Under the pieces are notes generated by a model, which was given only the letters and a program-made list of their open reading frames with translations, was not told where the DNA came from and made no database searches. From positions 1-38,420 of the forward strand of contig MRSU01000311.1 of assembly GCA_008369845.1 (NCBI GenBank): a stretch of DNA of 38,420 bases. The letters run 5' to 3'. Of this stretch, positions 29,997 to 38,420 are shown piece after piece. Every line of letters starts with the position of its first letter. The stretch's first letter is position 1. The translations under genes were made by a program, and so were the position numbers. The stretch comes from Trichomonas gallinae (taxonomy: Eukaryota).

Positions 29997-30225
29997 GATT
30001 ATTTTACACTCAAATTTCAATTAAATTTAAAACTAAAATAATGATAATTATTTTTACTAATTTTTTAAAATAACTATCACGCCCGTAGATTTTCATTTCA
30101 AAATTCAATGAAATTTAAAACCAGATAAATAATGATAAACATAATAATGGTTGTTTTTATCAATTTTTAATTTTGCTATCACGCCCGTATATGATTATGG
30201 TTTCCAGTAAATACGGACGTGGAAG
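29997..30225. repeat. Degenerate ~100-bp tandem duplication ending in CTATCACGCCCGTA, plus an inverted third copy
   Basis: Exact 14-mer at 30074-30087 and 30176-30189; inverted 11/14 copy TACGGACGTGGAAG at 30212-30225. Confidence 0.7.
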
Positions 30226-30899
30226 CGATGAATCAAAACTGTTTAAAAATTATTGTTATAATGTTTATTAATCATTTTTAGTTTAAATTGAAATGAGGTT
30301 TAAATTGGAAATAATCGTGTTTTTTTTTAATTTTTATTTTCAGAAAGCCTTATTTGAGTCAATAATGATAATATATAGCATATATTCTGTTATATGTTTA
30401 TACAAATCAATTCCATTTTCTTTATATAATACATTATCGTTGAAAAATATATTTCAAATGCATGAGTTTGTAGTTTATACGCCAATGTAACTGAATATTA
30501 TACTTGTTAACAAATATATTAACAAATTATTACTATGATTAGTAAAAAGTGATTGTTTAACTCTGAATATTATGATATTCGTGAACGATTATAAATGCAT
30601 CCAACAAATGTTGCTATTACTTATATTTTCTATCTTAATGTTAAAAGAAGTTAGATTTGCCCAAAATACTATAATGAAGAAAATATGATTGAATTGCCAA
30701 TCAAAATGTTGTAAAAAGTTGAATAAATAAAGGATTAACGTTACTTTCATACAGATATTGATATATTTATATCACAAATCCAATAAAAAGCACTTTGGAT
30801 AAATTCAATATTTTATCTCGTATCCTATTATTTGGATGTTAATCAACAGCCATATATCTATATAAGTCTTCAATTCACTTTTCAAAAGAATTGACAAAG

Positions 30900-31037
30900 C
30901 TACACTGCCGTTCTGGAGTCAACATCAAAAGTATCATGTCTGCAAATCTCATGCCACACAATATAGCATATTCCAAACATTCTGCCCTTCATAGCATAGT
31001 GCAGATCCAATGTTTTCCCCAAGCTAAAAGATTTGTA
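30900..31037 (-). pseudogene. Degenerate ankyrin-like remnant
   Basis: GKTLDLHYAMKGRMFGICYIVWHEICRHDTFDVDSRTAV* loosely fits one ankyrin repeat. No start codon context. Confidence 0.35.
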
Positions 31038-31058
31038 ATATTATTTGACAAGTAAAAT

Positions 31059-31276
31059 TATATATAAAGGTAGTCCGGCAGATTTTTTAAAATTGTCAAA
31101 AATGGCCCCTGCTTATTCAACGTGTCAGGTTCGTCGCTACAGTAGAGCCAAAGAAAACTCCACCAGGATTTTTTTGATGGGAATCTAGCATTTTAATGGT
31201 CACCATGTGCTCATTCTATATTATTTATTTACAGAATTATTAGTTGTATTTTTCTGCCGGACAACCTTTTTATATA
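31059..31276. mobile_element. Non-autonomous Tc1/mariner-type MITE
   Basis: 24-bp terminal inverted repeats with 22/24 identity: TATATATAAAGGTAGTCCGGCAGA (31059-31082) and TCTGCCGGACAACCTTTTTATATA (31253-31276). TA at both ends. Confidence 0.7.
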
Positions 31277-31354
31277 TGGCAAACATTTCTTTGACATGTA
31301 ATTTTATTTGTCAAATATAAAGTACAAAAAATAATTTTACTAAAATTGACATCA

Positions 31355-31362
31355 AAAGTGAC
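31355..31362 (+). promoter_or_regulatory. AAAGTGAC (M2-type) core-promoter motif of LZIC
   Basis: Lies 10 nt upstream of ATG 31373, followed by an Inr-like TCACA. Confidence 0.55.
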
Positions 31363-31372
31363 AGTCTCTCAC

Positions 31373-31960
31373 ATGTCGAAAGTAGGAGCTCCCACAGACG
31401 AAACACAGCGTCTTAAGGAGATGGTCGAGAGCCAGCTTCACAGATTGCTGTGCCAGCTCAAAGACCTCGATGAATTAAAAGATCAATTGACAGAAGAAGA
31501 AATTACTGAAACTAAAGCTGAAACAATGGACGAACTTCGTGAATTTAGAGATTCATTAGATAGAATGCTTGCTGGTGATATGACTCTTATGACTGAATTA
31601 AATGCTATGCGTTTGGCAATTAGAGCCGCTATTAACGAGGCCTTCAAGACTCCAGAAGTTATTCGTATGTTTAGCTCTAGACGTACTGACGAACTTAAGT
31701 TAAGTCTCGAGAAGATTAAAGAGGCATGGCATCTTAAGTCCATATCAAAATCACAATACGAGGAGAAAGCAGTTGAAATTCTTACAGCCTTACAGTCTCT
31801 TGGCGAACCTCTTTCTAACGAGGATGCAGCTTTTCTCAAAACACAGATCTCCAACAAGTTCAGCGAATTCGAAGAGAGCTCAAACAGTGTCAACCAGGCA
31901 CAACAGAAATCTCTTATCGACAAGTTTGGCTCAGAAGCCAAAACTGCTGGTTCGAAATAA
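31373..31960 (+). CDS. LZIC: LZIC (leucine zipper and ICAT/CTNNBIP1-domain protein)
   Basis: ETQRLKEMVESQLHRLLCQLKDL...GDMTLMTELNAMRLAIRAAINEAFKTPEVIRMF...VEILTALQSLGEPLS. ATG at 31373; the ORF-track start at 31346 is TTG. Confidence 0.9.
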   Translation: MSKVGAPTDETQRLKEMVESQLHRLLCQLKDLDELKDQLTEEEITETKAETMDELREFRDSLDRMLAGDMTLMTELNAMRLAIRAAINEAFKTPEVIRMFSSRRTDELKLSLEKIKEAWHLKSISKSQYEEKAVEILTALQSLGEPLSNEDAAFLKTQISNKFSEFEESSNSVNQAQQKSLIDKFGSEAKTAGSK

Positions 31961-34445
31961 ATCTACGTAAGTCATTTATTAATATTTTCAAAATCATTTA
32001 TCAATTTTTTACAAAGTTCCGCCTAAATATTAATAGTTTTACTTGTAAAAAGCTCTTTAATTTTTGATTTATCATATAGTGAATAAAGATGAGAAATAAA
32101 CATATATTTATTAATGATTTGAGGTGGATGTTAATATATCATATTAATAGGCTTTGGAAATGAATTTTTATCTGCAAATAGAAATATATCATTAAATATA
32201 AGTTCTGGAAGCATCATAGCTTACAGCATATTTAAATATCCATATTTAAGAACTTATCTACTGTATCAAAACAAAAATCTGAAGAAATGGTATTAATTGA
32301 TCATATTCATATCATATAAGATCGTTTAAAAAGCAAATTTACTCAAAATTTCATTCAAAATTCTTCTATCACCAATGCAACGACAAAAGAACCATTTTGT
32401 TGTAAATATTGAAAAATATTCTTCATTTTATCCTGATGATTAAATAGACTATTTCTCTGTAAATGTGGTTTTATTGCGTCGGCCACGACGTGGTGTTCTC
32501 AACAATCTAAAATATTTGATTTTCTTTTTGAGATATGTGCGTATGAGCTATACTTTACTTATTTTCTCTAGTTTTTGAACAACAAGGATTCCTATGATGT
32601 GCTTCAAACATAAATCTGGCTTAATCACAAACTAATTTCGAAAATCTGATTGAGAGTGACACACACTGCTTGACACATTGAGTAAAACACAATCTATTGC
32701 TCCAAGATATACTTCTCTTTCTTTCTTCCACAATATACTTCTTGGTTGATGTACACTTAGATTTAGTCATTCAACAAATAATATATCTATTCTAACTTCA
32801 GTAAATATACAAAAATGATTCTCTTGATGGACACATTTTTGGACAATTTCGACATTTTTGCGCATATTGATGATTCTGAGATACTCATATAAAAATAAGC
32901 ATTAATGAGTCCACATCAATAATAATCGACGGGCATAATCATATTTTCGTGTTCTTATTTTAATGAATTATTACTTTCCCTGAATGAATCACATTATAAT
33001 ATAAACATCATGCACAATAATGATAACTTCTCAATGCTTCATGAATGATTTTTCAAATCGTTGATGAGATGTAAATTTGAAAAAATATCACTTTACAAAT
33101 TAATATATGACACTTTACATGGCAGAATAAGAATGTTGTTTAGTATTGTTCTTGTTCCCAGCAATTCTTGTTGCAAACATAAACCTATCTGTGTTCCACA
33201 TTTCACTAATACATGAATCAAATGAGATATGTTTTGATTACAATAAGAAATATGAAAAATTTGCTGGCAAATTAATAAAAGTCGTAATTTAATAAATTCT
33301 TTTGCAATTTGCTATAAATTCATGCTTTATATCTAATGCTATTAATCGGACATTAATCAATGCATCTATAATGAAATCAAGCTTCAACTCGCCTCCCAAT
33401 GAAAGTTGAAAATTATTGCCAATGTAAATCTATAAGGGAAGCGATATATTTTAATTCATCAAATGCAATGATTTCTTTTTGTGCCAGATATTAAAAACGA
33501 TCCCCGAAATTGAGAGGATTTTTTTTAAAATAAAGGTTTAGTAAATTTCGGATATAGAATGCTCCAATACATACTGGGGACCATTCTGTTATAGTATTAT
33601 CTTCGTAATATCGGATCACAATTTGTAACATTTTAATTATGCATTAACCTCAAGCCAATATAATAAATCCAACATTTTCCTGTATATGGGATCATATACA
33701 ACAACAAATTAGCCAAAAAATTCATCCATTCAGATTTTGAAAATTTTCATATGGCATTTCGCTAAATTCATGGTATATTCTTATATATTTACATCCATAT
33801 AGTCATATTTTTATATTCATTTGTCGAATTATTAAAAAAAAGCTGCAGATGCTTCAAAATATAGTTTTACTTTTCGTTCTTTGGTATATATGCGCAGCTC
33901 ATGGTGTGGAAATGGGAAAATGAATGATGCATCTTTTCCTTACTGTTTCTGTTTTCATATTCTACAATTTGGGGCGAAATTTAAAATTCTACAATGGCAT
34001 CAGATATCTATTCTATTAATATTGACTATTTAAGTTACAATGCCTTTTGATACTGGTATTTTGACATTTCGCTAAAACATAAATGAAATTTGCTAATATA
34101 TCCAATACCAGCTAGTCCAAACTCATCGATCATCGCCGACAAAACAATCATATGTAAAATTCTTAAGAAAAAATGTCATCACCTTTTTGAAAGGAAATTT
34201 TCGAAGTTTTGTATTAGAAAAAATTATTAAAAATGATTGAATTGTCATCTACGATCATAATATATATACTCTAAAATGATAAAAAAAGAAAAGAAAGAAT
34301 ATCAATCTTTTTGTCAAAAATTCACGAGGTTAGTAATTGAAGTCTAAAAGCGTTGGGGATCAAAACTGACTAGCCATTATACTGACTTGCCTGTATTGGA
34401 ATTTTCTGTGGTGCAATATGTTTGAAAAAAATAATATTAAAAGTG

Positions 34446-34618
34446 TTTGAATTGGTTATGAGAAAAATGACATTTATAATCATTATTACAGAATGTTGAT
34501 AATAACAATAGAAAATATTAAAAATTTTTGAATAGTTTATGAGAAAAATAGAAAAATAATAAAATGCTTGAATTGGTTGTAAGAAATAAAAAATTAAAAT
34601 GTTTGAACTTGAGAAAAA
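34446..34618. repeat. Degenerate AT-rich ~40-bp direct repeat
   Basis: YTTGAATWGKTWTRAGAAA-like units at 34446, 34527, 34567 and 34602. Confidence 0.5.
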
Positions 34619-34936
34619 AATTAAATAATGGTTGTGATCATTATATTATGCATATATTTCAATGTTGGAAAATAGAATTGAAAATTTTCTATGAGATGTG
34701 GCCAGACGATTTTTTTCCATGCAGAACCCGACTGCTTATTAGTAATATTATCATTGTTGAGCTACATTTTCAAATTTTTCTGATTTGCGAAAATCGCTTT
34801 CAAATTATGATGCTACATTGAATGCTTTTATTAATTTTTGTGGTCGATATATTTCTTTGAAAATTTTGATCTCCTTCACAAAAATTTTTAAATGAACTCA
34901 CTTCTCATTAAATACTGAAGATATACTGAACTATCA

Positions 34937-36370
34937 ATGACAAAGACACTATCAGCAGAGCAATTAAGATATGAGCAACACGGTCCTTTACTCACATTGT
35001 TGAAGCTCAGCGTTGGACCTTTAATTTACATGGTCGGCATCGCCATTCATGATGCAATTGATTTACTCCTTATTGCGAAGGCTTACTCAGAACTTGAAGT
35101 AACCATCGCTGGATTCGCTGCTACTGTTACTTATTTATGTATGAGTGTTACAATTTATTTCAGCGCAGCCTGCGTGGCAAGAACAAGTTCTCTGATAGGT
35201 GCAAATGAATATGAAAAGGCCGCTCAAGTTATAGCTGACCTTTATCGTCTGGCATTCATTGTTATGCTGTTTTTCCCTATTATTTGCTACTTTGTGGCAT
35301 CACCACTGCTCCAGTTTATAGGCTGTACCGCAGAAATGGCAAAAACAGCTCAAACATATTTAATTCCGATTTTATGCTTTATGCCTTTTATTGCATTATT
35401 CCAATTATCATGCGGCCTCTTACAATCCGAAGGAAGATCAATCCTTTCCGGAATTATGCAATTAACGGCTTTTGTTCTTGATTGTGGTTTTATCGGCCCA
35501 ATTCTATTCTTTGCGATCAAAGTTGACTTCAAATACGCTGGATTTGCTTTCGCACTTTCGCAGGCGCTTCCAGGTATTGTGCTTTTCTCTTTGATTTTCA
35601 GTGGAAAATTCAAAACAATTACATCGTGGAAAAATCTCGCTAAGAAACCAATTTACGAAACATACGAAGGCATTAAAATCGCTTCTCCATACATCCTCAA
35701 CGTTCTCATGGGTCTTTTCCCACCTTTAGTCATGATTAATTTCTTCATGAAGGCTGCTTTCGCAGAAGGACTTATTGCACAGGCAGGCCCATGCTCCTCT
35801 GTCTTCTTCAAGATCCAGCCACTCTACAACTGCTTCTCAATCGGCTTCGCTCAAGGATTTTTGGCACCAGGTTCATATTCTTGGGGTGCAAGGCAGAAGT
35901 CAAGGGTAAAGAAGCTTTTCTTCTACTGTCTTGGAATCACACTGTTCTTACAACTCATCCTTTTACCAGTTACAGTCGCTGCACCAGTCAAAGTCGCTGA
36001 GATTTGGCTTGATGACCCAGCAACTCTCGATTTCGCCCATAGAATGCTCCCAGTTCCATTCTATACCAACTGGACAACAGCAGTCAATGAGACTGTCACT
36101 GCCCTTTTGATGTGCATGGGCTTCGCTTGGACTGCGATGTCGCCATCTTTAGTCAGAGGTGTGTTTTACATTGTTTACTCATGCGCATTATACTACACTA
36201 ATAAGACAAACTGCATCAGAATCCTCCATACTTATAATGCTAACGACTTAACAATTTTATTGCTTGACGCGATTATTGTTATTAAGCCAATGATGGAGCT
36301 CTACAGCAAGACAAGCCTTGACGATGAAGATAACAAGGAAAAGTCTGATGATATCGTTTCAGAATTGTAA
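34937..36370 (+). CDS. MATE-family (MatE) efflux transporter
   Basis: About 12 TM helices; GPLLTLLKLSVGP, SSLIGANEYEKA, LLQSEGRS and SYSWGARQKSRV are MATE-type loops. Confidence 0.92.
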   Translation: MTKTLSAEQLRYEQHGPLLTLLKLSVGPLIYMVGIAIHDAIDLLLIAKAYSELEVTIAGFAATVTYLCMSVTIYFSAACVARTSSLIGANEYEKAAQVIADLYRLAFIVMLFFPIICYFVASPLLQFIGCTAEMAKTAQTYLIPILCFMPFIALFQLSCGLLQSEGRSILSGIMQLTAFVLDCGFIGPILFFAIKVDFKYAGFAFALSQALPGIVLFSLIFSGKFKTITSWKNLAKKPIYETYEGIKIASPYILNVLMGLFPPLVMINFFMKAAFAEGLIAQAGPCSSVFFKIQPLYNCFSIGFAQGFLAPGSYSWGARQKSRVKKLFFYCLGITLFLQLILLPVTVAAPVKVAEIWLDDPATLDFAHRMLPVPFYTNWTTAVNETVTALLMCMGFAWTAMSPSLVRGVFYIVYSCALYYTNKTNCIRILHTYNANDLTILLLDAIIVIKPMMELYSKTSLDDEDNKEKSDDIVSEL

Positions 36371-36834
36371 TCAAATTTTTATTATATGCTTTTCGGGCTC
36401 ACAACACCTAAATTCTTATTCTATCTGTTAATATATGTTAATAAAATCTATATATGGTTATTAATTACAAATTTTTTTTATCAAGAATTAATAAAATATA
36501 TAAAATTCGTTCCATAGTCATTAATATGATATCTTTTGACATAATAATGACGTACTCCTTGAACAGCTTAATACAATATTCAATATTTTCATTCTGACCA
36601 ACTTATTGCGTCTATGCATCATATGCTGGACTTTGTGTATTGTATAACTCATGTTTATAGTATATTGGCCTTAAAGTGTGACCTTTTTGGACCATTTTTT
36701 TTTCAAACTTCGATATTAAATTTTTTCACAATAATGTTGATTCAAGAAGAAAAAATCAAAGCAGATGAAAGATTAAAAAACATTGTTTACACTCTAAAAC
36801 CAGGGTTGTCGTCATCTTGATCATCATAATTGAA

Positions 36835-38025
36835 CTAGAAAACTTCTATTGATATCTCTTCTTGAAATTCGCTGGCGAATATACTATCGCTCTGTGGTAT
36901 ACCAGATGCAAATAGGGGATTGTCAGTAGTCTGCGACACAGAGGGATTGTGATCCACAGTAGTCTCTGAGAGATCCTCGTCCTCCAATTTTGCAGTGTGT
37001 TCATTATTTGCCGCCATCTTCTTGCGCAGCCAGATGATGCCCATTATAATGATGACAACAATTGCATAAAAACGTTTAGAACTGTGAGAGCCCAGATGAC
37101 AGTCATCTTAGACTAGACATTCTTGCCAGCATTCTTATCATCTTGACCGCTGCCGTTGTCAGTTGGTGTGGCAGTCTACTTTGTTGGAGTAACTGTAGTT
37201 GTTGAATTAAGTGAAGTTGGCTCTTCGCATTCTGTGTCAGGCTTGCAGACATTGATTTTGACTGTTCTTTCCTTGCCTGTGATGTTCGTATCATCGATGA
37301 CATCGAACATGAGGTCGTGTAGACCAGCTGGAATTTCTTTAGGCATATCATATAGGAATGCGAATGGCGGGTTATTCTGTCTAATAACGTGCCAAGTTCT
37401 TTGCGAGGATAGTCAGGACCAGGTCTGCCGTAGATAGTCATTGTCTGGCCGATGTCTTTGTCAGTGACCTGCCCAAAGACAACCATTTTTGTGTCGCCTT
37501 TAGTGAAAGCTGGATCTGAAACAAACCCAGATAAAAGTTCCGGTGCAGTTGGCTTAATCGTGAATGAAAAATCTTGTACTGGTGAAACTTCACCTTCAAC
37601 ATCTTCTAGCCAGATGTGAAGGACATGGCCTTTGTCATAATTGAGCTGTAGAGGAATGCGAGTGTCTAACGTTACTTGAGTTTTTTCGCTATTAATTCGC
37701 CGAATTGATAAACAAGGCCATTATCGAACTGATACTTAATGTAGACTGATGCATCATCATTGAACGTGTAGTTGACGTTAATTCTCTCATGTAGATAATA
37801 TTCTCCCTTCTCTGGCTGTTGAATTTCGAGTTTTGAAACGGCATAAGTAAAAATAACACCGCTGATTTCGTTTGAAGCATAATCCCTTGAGTCAGTTGTC
37901 CAGCATTTATAATGTGCAGCAGATTTCGTGGGATTGATTGTCTTTGTGATATAATTAAATTTGTAATTTTCAGTTGGATTGAACTCTTTTGACTCTGGAT
38001 CATTATCATCAACCTGTAGATACAT
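36835..38025 (-). pseudogene. Bap-like (Ig/cadherin-repeat) type I surface-protein pseudogene, 3' portion
   Basis: Four reading segments joined by frameshifts near 37685, 37388 and 37069, with premature TAGs at 37178 and 37115. Beta-rich repeats (FGQVTDKDIGQTMTIY; IKYQFDNG), a Thr-rich stalk, a TM helix and a tail with DNPLF...DSIFASEFQEE. Confidence 0.8.
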
Positions 38026-38326
38026 TCAATATATTGATAGAGTTTTCTTAATTTATTGTTAAGTTTACATGATCAAATAGAAAACTACGGAATTGTAGAA
38101 TTAATATATTGACAATATGCAGTAAAATACAAGCAAATGTAAAATTTTACAATTGTCGCAAATCCATTCAATTTTTTCAATACTTTCTGAAGAAAATAGT
38201 CGATCAAAATTGCTCTTATTTTCTATCTATACAAACAATGAAAACATTATTTTTGATTTATATTAGGGATGTGCGAACTGGTCGTTTAGTGATGGATTCG
38301 CTGATTTTGGATTCGGGGTTCGCTCG

Positions 38327-38362
38327 CGAAAAGTGACACCATGTCGAAAAGTGACGCGATGT
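38327..38362 (+). repeat. 2 x 18-bp tandem repeat, each containing AAAGTGAC
   Basis: CGAAAAGTGACACCATGT followed by CGAAAAGTGACGCGATGT. Confidence 0.65.
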
Positions 38363-38420
38363 TGAAATCATAATTAATTTTTGAACAATGTTATATTATA
38401 ATAGCGTACATAGTAGCCAT

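Noticed and set aside
30180..30221. Hairpin as a SECIS element or tRNA
   Set aside because: No tandem GA quartet or apical AA loop, not in a 3' UTR, and no cloverleaf or A/B boxes.
30293..30490. Short AT-rich ORFs (also 9275-9460, 34564-34821, 36614-36820, 38109-38336)
   Set aside because: Spacer-like composition; several overlap motif arrays or repeats; no recognisable protein features.
31483..31941. 152-aa antisense ORF over LZIC
   Set aside because: Ser/Leu-rich antisense shadow of a conserved gene.

Overview
AT-rich, gene-dense eukaryotic DNA with no recognisable introns. It is most likely Trichomonas vaginalis or a close trichomonad, inferred from BspA-, Pmp- and Bap-like surface genes, very short intergenic spacers, Inr (TCAYW) and AAAGTGAC core-promoter elements, and UAAA-type 3' ends. 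About 18 coding genes are present: RPS26 (5'-truncated by the window edge), SNF5-family, two importin-beta-like HEAT proteins, an ARM-like protein, proteasome alpha3, a Ser/Thr kinase, RCE1-type CAAX protease, coatomer beta', a putative membrane glycosyltransferase, BspA, CYFIP/Sra1, two Pmp-like beta-helix proteins, LZIC, a MATE transporter, a UBL-plus-TM protein and one hypothetical. There are also decayed ankyrin and Bap-like pseudogenes. I found no multi-gene novel system. The most unusual signals are non-coding: (i) two conserved genes whose start codons are head-to-head only 3 bp apart; (ii) arrays of a TTTACRYGNCA motif, phased at about 20 bp in one divergent promoter and recurring in other 5' regions; (iii) a 4x ~46-bp array of paired GACCC boxes directly upstream of coatomer beta'; (iv) a 218-bp TA-flanked Tc1/mariner-type MITE; (v) a triplicated CACGYCCGTA element forming a hairpin. 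All homology calls come from motif recognition by eye; no searches were run.
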